Assembly (NCBI GenBank): GCA_951406725.2
Contig: OX597828.1
Span: 44,764,001 to 44,828,000, forward strand
Direction: 5' to 3'
DNA: 64,000 bases
Origin: Octopus vulgaris
Taxonomy: Eukaryota
Below are positions 12,115 through 24,848 of the stretch, piece after piece. Position 1 is the first letter of the stretch; each line of letters begins with the position of its first letter. The notes below the pieces were generated by a model, which ran no database searches, was not told the DNA's origin, and saw only the letters and a list, made by a program, of their open reading frames with translations. The position numbers were made by a program, and so were the translations under genes.

Positions 12115-12568
12115 ATCATCATCATCATCATCATCGTTTAACGTCCGTTTTCCGCGCTAGCACGGGTTGGACGGTTCGACCGGGGTCTGGGAAGCCAGGG
12201 GCTGCACCAGGCTCCAGTCTGATCTGGCAGAGTTTCTACAGCTGGATGCCTTTCCTAACGCCAACCACTCCGCGAGTGTAGTGGGTGCTTTTTACATGCC
12301 ACCTGCACAGGTGCCAGGGGGGTCCGGCATCGGTCACGATCGGTTGGAGCTTTTAACGTGCCACCGGCACGGAAGCCAGCCAAGGCGGCGCTGGCAACGG
12401 CCACGTTCAGATAGTGCTTTTTATATGCCACCGGCACAGAAGCCAGTCGAGGCGGCGCTGGCATCGGCCACGTTCGGATGGTGTTTTTTATGTGCTACCG
12501 GCACAGAAGCCAGCCAAGGCGGCGCTGGCAACGGCCACGTTCGGATGGTGCTTTTTATGTGCCACCAA
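12115..12568 (-). mobile_element. RTE-LINE 3' UTR with about 62-bp internal tandem units
   Basis: (CAT)n-cgtttaacgtccg end; repeated gtgccaccggcac...ggcggcgctggca...ggccacgttc units. Confidence 0.85.
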
Positions 12569-13347
12569 CACAATAATATTTTACATTACAAACTATTTAC
12601 CAAAAACAACCACAAATAATACTGTTAGATTTTAGTTCACATATAATAATAATAATAAGAAGAAGAATTAAATAAATGTATCTATCTTAATTTATAATTA
12701 ACAAATAAAAAAATTGGAAATACATATTTTTTAAATCAATAATCATATAAATTTCACCATTATTTCTTAAATAAAATGTATGCTTATTTATTATTATGTA
12801 CAAGACAATGATGATGATGAGCAAAATTGCTGACATCTCAAGAAATGAATGGAGAATTAATACAAGATTCTTCATGTGTTTAAAACGATTAAAAAACATC
12901 CACTGTCATTCTCTCTCTCATGCACTATATATATATATATATATACGTATATATATACACATATATAAATATATTTATATATAATATATATATATATATA
13001 TTCATTTTATACATATATGCGCATACATTTATATATATGTGTGTGTGTACGTGCATGTGTCTGTGTGTGTGTGCCACAGAACTGTACTCGTTTATCAAAT
13101 GACTTAATCCAAGTGAGAATGTTTAAACTGAAAGAGTTAAGACATGGCAGCGGATGCGTTTTAATCATTTTAAACACATGAAAATTCTTGTATTAATTCT
13201 CCCTTCATTTCTTGAGATGTCAGCATTTTTGCTGTACCACCGAAACCTAGTTATTGATATATCATCATCGTTGTCGTCGTCGTCTTCGTCGTCATTGCCA
13301 TAACATCATCTTCATCATCATCATCTCCACTATTGCTATCTACATCA

Positions 13348-13564
13348 AGGCGGCGAGCTGGAAGAAACGTTAGCACGCAGGGCAAAATGCGTGGCCGTAT
13401 TTCGTCTGCCGTTACGTTCTGTGTTCAAAATTCCGCCGAGGTCAACTTTGCCTTTCATCCTTTCGGGGTCGATAAATTAAGTACCAGTTACGCACTGGGG
13501 TCGATGGAATCGACTTAATCGCTTTGCCTGTCCTTGTTTGTCCCCTTGTGGGTAGTAAAGAAAT
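13348..13564 (+). mobile_element. tRNA-derived SINE, family B
   Basis: aggcggcgagctgg..gaaacgttagc head, gttcaaaattcc B box, ccttgtgggtagtaaagaaat tail; about 9 copies in window. Confidence 0.88.
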
Positions 13565-13610
13565 ATATCTACATCATTTTCATCCTCATTATCTCCCCCA
13601 TGGTCATCAC

Positions 13611-13670
<60 letters not shown>

Positions 13671-13895
13671 GGTGATTAGAAGGCAAGAGATAATGATGAC
13701 GATAATGATTACTATACCGATGATGATGATGATGATGACTACGATGATGGTGATGATGACAACGATGATGATGTGGAAGATGATGATGTTTGAAATATAC
13801 ATATTTTGGTTTTCTAACACATATTGATATTCATATATTACACAATATTACACGTCTTTTCAAATATATATATATGTATGTGTGTATATATAAAA

Positions 13896-13926
<31 letters not shown>

Positions 13927-13937
13927 GATAGATATAT

Positions 13938-13976
<39 letters not shown>

Positions 13977-14158
13977 TTATTAGAGACAAAACCACTATTT
14001 TGTAAAACTATTTATTAAAATTTTATGTATTGATTAAGTCTTTCCTTGTTTGTTTTACAAAATAGTGGTTTTGTCTCTAATAATATTTTATAATATTTTA
14101 TATAAAATTGGATTTAATCCTAAATGATTTTTTCCCTGTAAATTTGGATTTATCTTAA

Positions 14159-14195
<37 letters not shown>

Positions 14196-14199
14196 TTAA

Positions 14200-14470
14200 A
14201 TCCTTAAAAATGTTTTAGCCCGAAGGCTGTGGCCATGCTGGGGCACCACCGCTGAATGAGCTACACTAATATGTGAATCCACCTCTGATACGTGGCACTT
14301 GATCAACAAGGGAGTTCGTTGCTGCTGCCCAGATCTGCATCTCCTGTCATGAGGTAGGTTCATCTGGGATTCCCGACAAGAAGAGATCCAGTTTAGTTTT
14401 AAAGAAACCCACATCCACACCATGTAAGTCTCTCAGGCATTTAGGGAGGATGTTAAAGAGCCGTGGTCCT
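14200..14470 (-). mobile_element. CR1/L2-type LINE 3' fragment
   Basis: Minus strand translates GPRLFNILPKCLRDLHGVDVGFFKTKLDLFLSGIPDEP, typical of the CR1-group ORF2 C-terminus. Confidence 0.75.
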
Positions 14471-14566
14471 CTGAAACCCAAGCTGTTGCAGTATATATAA
14501 GAAATTTTTGCATAATGAGATAAAAAAAAACCAAGGCTGTGTAGATATTAGAGCATTTATAGATAG

Positions 14567-14618
14567 GTCTTACAGCTGTTTCCAGAATATCTATTAATTA
14601 TATCCGTTCATCAGAGAC
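14567..14618 (-). ncRNA. Minimal type I hammerhead ribozyme in a Penelope-like terminal repeat
   Basis: GTCT-CTGATGA-(stem II GGATAT/ATATTC)-GAAA-CAGCTG-TA-AGAC: intact core, 4-bp stem I, palindromic stem III. Confidence 0.75.
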
Positions 14619-14940
14619 GGAGTGAGAGGATGGTTAAGTCATAGCTAGTTTAGATGTGATACAAAATAGAGAGTGAGGTGGAAGAAAGAAAATAGATGCA
14701 AGATATGTATGGGCATTGAAGTTGTAAATCCATTTTTTAGGCAGAATGGTATGTATGTAGTATTCCAATACACTATGAGTAAAGTCCCAAAAGTCCAACA
14801 GAGTTTAAAATGGGTCCTTCCAGATATAGAGTTTATACACAATGTATATATATATATACAATGTGCATATACACAATGTATATCTATACATGCATATATA
14901 TATATATTTACTTTTTCTCTCCTTGTTTTTTTCTGTGTCC

Positions 14941-14976
14941 CTTTCTGTAGAAGAGCATAGGCTCGAAACGTAAAAG
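14941..14976 (+). ncRNA. Hammerhead-like motif (core variant CTGTAGA)
   Basis: CTTT-CTGTAGA-A-GAGC-ATAG-GCTC-GAAA-CG-TA-AAAG. Confidence 0.5.
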
Positions 14977-15065
14977 ACTTTTTCTATTTCTGAGCGTTAT
15001 ACTAATACATCTGTTTGTTTTGTTCACCACCTGTCTTTGTCTTTTGTTTTTTTTTTGTAAACTCT

Positions 15066-15119
<54 letters not shown>

Positions 15120-15204
15120 TACAATGTATATACAAATATATATATATATACACACACAATGTATATATATATATGCACACAATGTATATGTATATATATA
15201 TATA

Positions 15205-15281
<77 letters not shown>

Positions 15282-15361
15282 CATATATACATATACATAT
15301 ATATGTGTATATATAGAAGCCTGCCAGCCGCAGATATCTGCGGCTGCCAGGCTTCTGCTAC

Positions 15362-15408
15362 TCTAGACCGATGATGGACAATGATCCTGAAACATGCGTG
15401 TCTCTAGA
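15362..15408 (+). ncRNA. Type I hammerhead ribozyme, C4 core variant
   Basis: TCTAGA-CCGATGA-T-GGA-CAATGA-TCC-T-GAAA-CA-TGCG-TG-TC-TCTAGA; stem I extends via gccaggc/gcctggc. Confidence 0.7.
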
Positions 15409-15949
15409 TGCAGGCCTGGCTGCTGGGGGTGTTTGTCTCCCCTTCGTAAATATATAAGGACACAGGAAAAAAATGTGTCAAAGCTATCAGGAAGCATCGA
15501 TGCTTCCTAGGGCTAAATAGCGGTGGTGTAATCCCCTACTGACACGTTAAATTGACAGTATACAACCATTCTATCACCCCACCACCGTACATATCTCTAT
15601 GAGATATTTAGAAGTTTAGTATTTCTGATATGTATATATATATATATTTAAATACTGTATAAATATTTTCCTGTATATATTTGTATATGAATATATATAC
15701 ACAATCATGGGGAGGCACATGTGTGTCTTAATGTAGGTTTTAGCCTCTTGTCTAGTTTTGTTCAGATTTGCTCCGCTGCTTCTGTGAAAAGCTAACTTTT
15801 TTATCTGTTCCGCATTCAAAATGTGGTGGCATTGATGTTAGTGTCAGCGGTGATGGTCTCGATATAATGTGATAAGAGGAAGATTAGGCTGCTCTTTCTA
15901 ACAGATCAAGTAACCATGTAGATGCCACTTCACTGGTTTTGTTTCGCTG

Positions 15950-16256
15950 CTGTTGGCAGTACCAGTATTAGCATTGGCAGTAGTGTTAGTTGTGGTTGGG
16001 GTGGCAGTATTGGTAGTGGTCATGATGGTGGTGGTGGGTGGTAGTGGTATTAGTGACGGTAGTAGTAGGAGTGATAGTAGCAGTAGTAGTAGTTATGGTG
16101 GTGGTGGTGGTGGTGGTTGTGGCAGTTGAAACAAGAGTAGCAGTAGTAGTAGTAGTTGTAGTTGGTGGTAGTGATAGTGGTAATAGTAGTAGCTGTGATG
16201 GTTGTGGTTGTGGTGGTGGTAGTGGTAATGAAAGTAATGGTAGTAGTGGTAGTAGC

Positions 16257-16290
<34 letters not shown>

Positions 16291-16535
16291 ATAATCGTAG
16301 TAGTGGTGGTGGTGTTGATGGTGATGGCAGTGGTGGTTGTAGCAGTAGTAATAATGATGGTGGTAGTGGCGATGGTAATAATAGTAGCTGTGGTGGTTGT
16401 GGTGGTGGTGGTGGGCCAAGTAATGGTAGTAGTAATAGTAGCAGTAGTAGTAATAGCAGTAGTAGTAGTAGTAGTGGTGGTGGTGGTGGTGGTGGTGGTG
16501 GTGGTGATGTGTTGGAGGTGGTGATAGAAGTAATG

Positions 16536-16567
<32 letters not shown>

Positions 16568-16649
16568 GGGTGGTTGTGGTAATAATAGTAGCTGTGGTGG
16601 TGGTGGTGGTGGTGGTGGTGATGTGTTGGAGGTGGTGATAGAAGTAATG

Positions 16650-16684
<35 letters not shown>

Positions 16685-16759
16685 GGTGGTTGTGGTGGCA
16701 GTGTTGGTGGTGGTGGTGGTGGTGGTGGTGATGTGTTGGAGGTGGTGATAGAAGTAATG

Positions 16760-16791
<32 letters not shown>

Positions 16792-16900
16792 GGTGGTTGT
16801 GGTGGCAGTGTTGGTGGTGGAGGTGGTGATGGTGGTGGTTGTGGTGGTAGTAGTAGCTGTGGTGGTAGTGGTAGTGGTGTTAGTAGTAGTAGTAGCGGTG
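15950..16900. repeat. (GGT/AGT)n low-complexity tract with internal triplication
   Basis: Direct reading. Confidence 0.9.
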
Positions 16901-17129
16901 TCTGTAGTTTGTGTGGCTTGGTGCACACAGTCCCCTGTTCACCAAATATTTTATTCCAGGACGGAAGAAGCCGAAGCAATGAACGATCAATAAGAACACG
17001 AAGACTAAGTGATACCACTTTCTGAACCATTGTTCTTTGTGTGGAAGATATAGTACAGTGGTAAGCTACTAACACACATGTAGACTAGAGGTGCTCTTCT
17101 GTATTAGTACTCATGCATATTAGTACAGT

Positions 17130-17373
17130 TGGCTGTGTGGTAAGTAGCTTGCTTACCAACCACATGGTTCTGGGTTCAGTCCTACTACGTGGCAACTTTG
17201 GGCAAGTGTGTCTTCTACTATAGCCTCGGGCTGACCAAAGCCTTGTGAGTGGACAGAAGCAATGTGAAATGAAGTGTTTTGCACTCAAAAACACAATGCA
17301 TCGACCAGTCCGGGAATCGAAATCACAGTCTGTTGATCATGAGTCCATCACCCTAACCATTAAGCCACACACC

Positions 17374-17375
<2 letters not shown>
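17130..17375. mobile_element. Chimera: SINE A head (+) fused to the head of another tRNA-SINE (-)
   Basis: ggctgtgtggtaagtagc...ccttgtgagtgga, then gcaatgtgaaatgaagtgttttg...ccctaaccattaagccac. Confidence 0.7.
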
Positions 17376-17443
<68 letters not shown>

Positions 17444-17475
17444 ATATATGTATAAGTGTATATATATATATATAT

Positions 17476-17995
17476 CATCATCATCATCATCATCATCATC
17501 GTTTAAAGTCTGCTTTCCATGCTAGCATGGGTTGGACGATTTGACTGAGGTCTGGCGAACCAGATGGCTGCACCAGACTCCAATCTGATCTGACAGAGTT
17601 TCTACAGCTGGATGCCCTTCCTAACACCAACCACTCTGAGAGTGTAGTGGGTGCTTTTACGTGCCACCGGCACGAGGGCCAGTCAGTTGGTACTGGCAGC
17701 AGCCATGCTCAGATGGGGCTTTTTATGTGCCACCTACATAGGAGCTAGTCCAGCAGCTCTGGCAAAGACCTCGCTTCAAATGTTTTTCACGTGCCACCAG
17801 CACAGGTGCTTGTAAGGCAACAAAGGTAACGATTATGCTGAAACGGTGTTTTTTAACGCGCCATCGGCACGGAGGCTAGCTTGTTGTTCTGGCAATGATA
17901 TCACTTGTATGGTACTCTTAGCACTCCACTAGCATGGGTGCCAGTCATCGAACTTGATTTTGATTTCGATTCCGATTCACTTGTCTCAACAAGTC
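17476..17995 (-). mobile_element. 5'-truncated RTE-LINE (3' UTR up to the ORF end)
   Basis: (CAT)n end, UTR motifs, and ttgattttgatttc junction as at 49535 and 58075. Confidence 0.85.
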
Positions 17996-18465
17996 TTTGC
18001 AAACTCAACAAGTCTTCGCAAGCACAAGTCTTCACAAGCTCAAGTCTTCGCAAGCTCAAGTCTTCACAAGCTCAAGTCTTCACAAGCTCAAGTCTTCACA
18101 AGCTCAAGTCTTCACAAGCTCAAGTCTTCGCAAGCTCAAGTCTTCGCAAGCTCAAGTCTTCACAAGCTCAAGTCTTCACAAGCTCAAGTCTTCGCAAGCA
18201 CAAGTCTTCACAAGCTCAAGTCTTCACAAGCTCAAGTCTTCACAAGCTCAAGTCTTCGCAAGCTCAAGTCTTCAAGTCTTCACAAGCACAAGTCTTCACA
18301 AGCTCAAGTCTTCACAAGCTCAAGTCTTCGCAAGCACAAGTCTTCACAAGCTCAAGTCTTCGCAAGCTCAAGTCTTCACAAGCTCAAGTCTTCACAAGCT
18401 CAAGTCTTCGCAAGCACAAGTCTTCGCAAGCACAAGTCTTCACAAGCTCAAGTCTTCGCAAGCAA
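17985..18465. repeat. 16-bp minisatellite, about 30 copies (aagtcttc(a/g)caagc(t/a)c)
   Basis: Direct reading. Confidence 0.96.
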
Positions 18466-18839
18466 AGTCCTATATATATATATGTATATAAAATAGTGTA
18501 CATTTAAACACATTAAGAGGTATCCATCATAGGACTCCCTTATTCTAGAAGGAACAGCTAAAGTCCAAACAACTAATTAGGGATAAATTCTTGAAGAGAA
18601 TGAAAAATAAAAACATTTATGCATGTGAGTGTGTGTGTGAGAGAGGGGTGTACCATCTGACTGGCTCGGTGTGTTTACATCTCCATAACTTAGCAGTTCA
18701 ACAAAAAGACCGATAGAATAAGTACTGGGCTTACAAAGAATAAATCCTGGAGTTATTTTGCTCGACTAAAGGCGATACTCCAGCATGGCTGCAGTAAAAT
18801 GAGTGAAACAAGTAAAAGAATGAGAGAATATATATGTAC

Positions 18840-18870
<31 letters not shown>

Positions 18871-18882
18871 TGTGTGTGTGTA

Positions 18883-19100
18883 TCTATTATATAAAATCCG
18901 TTCTGTCTGTCTGTGTGTGTGTCTTCTCAGATCTCGGGCATCCTCCATTCGATTGCGCTCAAATTTGATATGTAGATACCGACGGTATCAGGGCATGTAT
19001 AAGTCTCGAAAAAATTACAAAAATCAATTCCAGGTGAGAATGCGATCGATAAAGCCATTTTGTCCTGCTTTTCTTCTGTCAACCTGTACATAACTGCACC
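18883..19100 (+). mobile_element. 5' part of a non-autonomous Helitron-like element
   Basis: A|TCTATTATATAAAA start followed by (TCTG)n/(TG)n, like the 5' end of the element at 35288-35660; no 3' CTAG seen. Confidence 0.55.
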
Positions 19101-19427
19101 TTCCATTTTTTGTTGTTTTTGTACTGCTTAAAGGCACGTTTCTTTCCTGCCAAGCTTACTGGTACTTTAAACTCTTCGGTTGCATACTTGTGTGAATAAA
19201 ATCGTTTTTCTTTGGAGTAGAAAAAAAGTCTATCTTTATTTCTTCTTTTGCTGGTGTCTCAAATTTAGGTTAAATCAGTGTTTCTCAAAGGGGAAGCCTA
19301 TGGGACAGTCGGACAAGTTGTTTTGAGAAAATTTGGTTTAAATGTTTGACAACTCAGCACTCATCCATTTGCTCATGTATATATATATATATATATATAT
19401 GCATTTATATACATGTGTGTGTATATG

Positions 19428-19471
<44 letters not shown>

Positions 19472-20080
19472 TATTCATACATATATATGGTGTGTGTGTG
19501 TGAGGGATAAAGAGAGAGAGAGAGAGATATGCAAGCATATATAGTGGTTGGCTCAAATATCTGTATTTGTAAATGGGCAGCATGAAGGACATACAAGGTC
19601 ATGCAGCCATGAGCTTTATTTTTAATCCATAGTAAAGCATATATATTATGGCTGTGGGAAAATATCCCATGAGAGCATGTGGCATTTTAATATATTTACA
19701 CATGTGTGTTTTCACATGTGTGCATGTAATTGTGTGTGTGTGTGTGTTTGTGTTTCTTTCTCTCTCGTTTTATTCACACATGGACACACATGATATATAT
19801 GTATATGTATGTTTGTACATATGTAGATACATACATAAATATACCTACATGCATGCAAAAATATGCATATATATATATATATATATATGTGTATGTGTGT
19901 GTGCATGTGCGTGTGTATGTATGTACACACACACACACATGTATACATATATATATGTATATATATGTACAATATCTACATAGATACATACTTGCATACA
20001 TGTATATATATATATACACATATATGAATATGTATCTATTTATATATATATGTATGTATATATGCATATATATAGATATG

Positions 20081-20149
<69 letters not shown>

Positions 20150-20415
20150 ATATGTATGTATGTATGTATGTATGTTTGCATGCATGTTTGTATATATGTA
20201 TGGATGGATGTATAAGTTGTTTGCTAGATTAAATATCCCTGCACACAACCACACTCATTCCTTGATGTCTTTGTGCGTGGGAATATGCAAGCTAGCAATT
20301 TAATTTCAACTATCAGTATATGTACATACATTCATACATACATACATACCTACACATATACAATATACATATATATATATGTGTGTATGTGTATGTATAT
20401 ATATATATATAAATG

Positions 20416-20452
<37 letters not shown>

Positions 20453-20605
20453 ATATATATGTATATATGTATGCATATGTAAATGTGCATGAACTTGTAT
20501 ATTGCTATTGACAAGTGGCCTCTGATCCAAACCTTACCCGTCGATTACACTGATCAATAGTGCCTCCTCTTCCTTCTCCTTCTTTATCAATCTCTGTGCA
20601 TGCAG

Positions 20606-20648
<43 letters not shown>

Positions 20649-20919
20649 ATCCCTCTTCTTTTCTCTCTTTTACTACTCCCCCACATCGAAAAGCATTTGG
20701 AGAAATCTAATTCTTTATTATTTCTATGCTTTGATGAACTATGGACAAGAAAAAAATAAATAATAAACTTCTCTGTGTTTCCAAACTGAGGAATCATTCC
20801 AAAATATCAGAAACTCCATAAGAACGTAATAAGAAAAAAATAATACTTTTTATTTCATATATTTACATATAGGTACACACACATACACACTTATATATAT
20901 ATATACATGAATAGATATA

Positions 20920-20970
<51 letters not shown>

Positions 20971-21019
20971 TGGAGAGATAGATATGTATACATACATATA
21001 CACACACACATATATATAT

Positions 21020-21059
<40 letters not shown>

Positions 21060-21276
21060 GTGTAGACATATATACACATATATACATACATATAAACATA
21101 TATTTATATATGCATACATTTATATAAAATATATGTATATATATGCATATACAGCAATATATTTATAGATATGCATATATATGTGCATATATATGTATAG
21201 ATATGCTTATACATATACACCCATACATGCACACATGTATGCATACATACGCCTGCATGCATACACAAACACACAT

Positions 21277-21309
<33 letters not shown>

Positions 21310-22518
21310 CGCACGGCTACATTCATTTACATGAGGAAAAAAATTTCCTGAATTTCCTCCAGGCTGTAATTTCATCTACAATCGTAATAAAATGTCTCTC
21401 TTCGAAATACATTTAATGAATAAGTTACTAGTGATATTATGCTGAAGATTTCTAAAATGAATGAAATAGTACTAAACATTTCCAACTGGATTACCACCAA
21501 CTGGAAATCATTAAAAAATTGTAACAAATTAGAAAAGAATTTAAATATGAAAACTCTACGCATCTTCTTTCTTGTATACCTTGCATTTGGAGGAGACACT
21601 TACTGCCCTTGTTTTAATAGCCACAACCCAGGAGGTGCCACCTCTGTTCATATATTCTTTTATCAGTTTTAGTCACTGGAACACAGCCATAATGAGATAT
21701 CACTTCTTCATAATTATGCTGATAGTTTTTACTTCAGTACTTATTACTGTCTAATATTTATTTTATTGATGTCTAATTGTCAAATCACCAAGTTATGTGA
21801 CAGTAAAGGATATGTGATAGATACAAACATGCATATAGTGTGTATATGACATGCTCCTTACATAAAAATTTCAGTTTCCATATCCAAACCCACAGGATAC
21901 TTGTCCGGCTGAAGGTCCAGTATAAGGAACTCGTTCAAGATCTTGTTGAGTGGAACTAAAACCAGAAGCACACAGCTTCCATGGAAATTTCTTGTCTTGA
22001 AATTACTGTCTGACTTATGCTGTATGAGAAATTGAATCAGCATTATCAGTGAAACCGAAATTAGCAGAAAACTAGCCTTATATAGACTCTTGATTAGTCA
22101 TAAGAAAATCCTGAACCAACATAAATTTTGACTTAAGTACTACACATCTGCTTATTCCCTTGCTTAAATGTCTGACTGAACCCTAAACAAATACACATTT
22201 CTCCTGTCAAACCAGAATAACTGTCTCCACCATCAATTTATCTGAACCTACACCTTGGACTTCCCCATCTCTGCTTCCTATATTACAGCTAATTCCAGTT
22301 CATTTTACTCCACCTACCTAAGAAATATTGTGTTGAAAACTATATAAAGCCTAAAAGATCAAAGTAAACCACAGTCTGATAAAGGCTGGTAAGCTGAATC
22401 TTCGAATTCACTGCCAATCTTTTCATAATAGATATCAATCAATATGTACTTTGATAAATTTATTGAGTGGTGCTCCAGCTTAATGTTAATTTTTTTATAT
22501 ATAACTTCACATAAAAAC

Positions 22519-22559
<41 letters not shown>

Positions 22560-22650
22560 AGTGTATATGTGTGTATGTGTATGTGTGCATGTACATGTGT
22601 GCATCTGTGTATATGTTGCTTCTGCTAAATATAAATAAAAAATATATGCA

Positions 22651-22880
22651 AGGTGGCGAGCTGGCAGAACCGTTAGCACGCCGGGTGGAGTGCTTAGCGG
22701 TATTTCGTCTGCTGCTACGTTCTGAGTTCAAATTCCGCCAAGGTTGACTTTGCCTTTCATCCTTTCAGGGTCGATTAAATAAATACCAGTTATGTACTGG
22801 GGTCGATATAATTGACTTAATCCGTTTGTCTGTCCTTGTTTGTCCCCTCTATATGTAACCCTTGTGGGCAGTAAAGAAAT
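22651..22880 (+). mobile_element. SINE family B
   Basis: Homologous to 13348-13564. Confidence 0.88.
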
Positions 22881-22932
22881 ATATCTACATCATTTTCATC
22901 CTCATTATCTCCCCCATGGTCATCACCATCAT

Positions 22933-23323
22933 GGCTTGTTTCTCGACCACATAGTTCTGGGTTCAATCCTACTGTGTGGTACCTTGGATAAGTAACTTCT
23001 ATAACCCCGAGCCAACAAAAGCCTTGTGAGTGGATTTGGTAGATGGAAACTGAAAGAAGCCTGTTGTATATATATGTGTGTGTGTGTATGTATGTATGTA
23101 TGTATGTGTCTGTGTTTGTGTGTCTGTCTTTGTCCCCCTACCATTGCTTGACAACCGGTGTTGGTGTGTTTACATCTCCATAACTTGACGGTTCAGCAAA
23201 ATAGACCGACAGAATAAGTACAAGGCTTACAAAGAATAAGTCCTGGGGTCGATTTGTTCAACTAAAGGCAGTGCTCTAGCATGGCCACAGTCAAATGACT
23301 GATACAAGTAATAGAATAAAAGA
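22933..23323 (+). mobile_element. SINE family A, 5'-truncated
   Basis: Starts within the tRNA head; full tail present. Confidence 0.85.
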
Positions 23324-23792
23324 ATACACACACACGCATACATACACACACACACACACGTATATATAGATGGATGTCTGTGTATGTATACAAGTTTATA
23401 TATGTATACTCTATGCATTCGCACATATATATGTATATATGTATTTGTGGATAACTGGCGATGTCACCAGTGCTGTTGCCATGTAAAAGAAGAACCAGTA
23501 CACTCTTCTTAGGTGGTTGGCATTAGGTAGGGCATCTAACTGTAGAAACCATTTGTAAGCAGACAGAGAACCTGGTGGAGCCCCGCTAGCTCATCTGTTC
23601 TTGTCAAACTATGCAGCCCATGCTGGCATGGAAAAGGGGGCATTAAACAATGAAGATGACAATGATGATGATGATGAGGAGGAGGAGGAGGAGGAGGAGG
23701 AGGAGGAGAAGGAAGATTATGATGATGTACATCCTTCAGGAAGATGTATATATACGTACATATATGTTAGCTGTGTGTGTGTGATTATATAT

Positions 23793-24022
23793 AGTGGTGA
23801 GCTTGCAGAAACGTTAGCATGCCAGGCTAAATGCTTAGCAGTATTTCGTCTGCCACCATGTTCAGAGTTCAAATTCCACCGAGGTCGACTTTGCCTTTCA
23901 TCCTTTTGGGGTCGATTAAATAAGTACCAGTTATGCACTGAGGCCGATGTAATCGACTTAATCCATTTGTCTGTCTTTGTTTGTCCTCTCTGTGTTTAGC
24001 CCCTTGTGGGTAGTAAAGAAAT
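23793..24022 (+). mobile_element. SINE family B
   Basis: Homologous to 13348-13564. Confidence 0.87.
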
Positions 24023-24363
24023 ATATATATATATAAAAAATATATAGGTATGTTGCATATGTGTATAGTAGTAGTAGTAGCAGCAGTCGTAGTAGTAGTG
24101 GTAGTTGTAGTAGTAGTAGTAGTATTTTAGTAGTAGCAACATCAACAGTGAAAGTGATTGACACTTTGTAATTGACATCATCCAAAGTAGTTCATCTTCC
24201 ACTAATTTCTTGCCACACTACCATCCGTCGTCACACCATCATGCCATTGCGCCACCACCACCACCACCGCCACCACCATCTCCATCACTACAAGCCGTCA
24301 AAGAAAAAAAGGCAGAGGGAAGAAAGTTAGCCAGAAAGCATTGGTAGTAAGACACAACAAACC

Positions 24364-24395
<32 letters not shown>

Positions 24396-24746
24396 CAACA
24401 ACAAAAAATCCTTGACAACTATAAAAACAGGACACTCTTGAAGAAGACAATCAGATGAAAAAGAAATGAAAAGTAAAAACGAAACAGACCAAATACTTTG
24501 ACAACAACAACAACAACAACACCAACACCAACACCAACAAGAACAATATAGCAATGTTTGATTTGCTCTGTACTTGCCAAAAGTGTGTTCAAGGAGAACA
24601 GACTGGTGCTACTTGACGATAATTACATTTTTCTGAAATGTAGCAAGCACTGTTGAACACAGAGTAATTTTCTCTGTGCTGGGTTAGGTGAGTCTGGTGT
24701 GGTGATGGGGTTGTGTGAGTTTATATATATATATATATATATGTGC

Positions 24747-24786
<40 letters not shown>

Positions 24787-24803
24787 TCATATATATATAT
24801 ATG

Positions 24804-24848
<45 letters not shown>

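Noticed and set aside
16038-17075. Gly/Ser-, Thr- and His-rich long ORFs
   Set aside because: Trinucleotide low complexity, open on both strands.
17905-18507. SSQAQVF repeat ORFs
   Set aside because: All three frames are open owing to the 16-bp unit.
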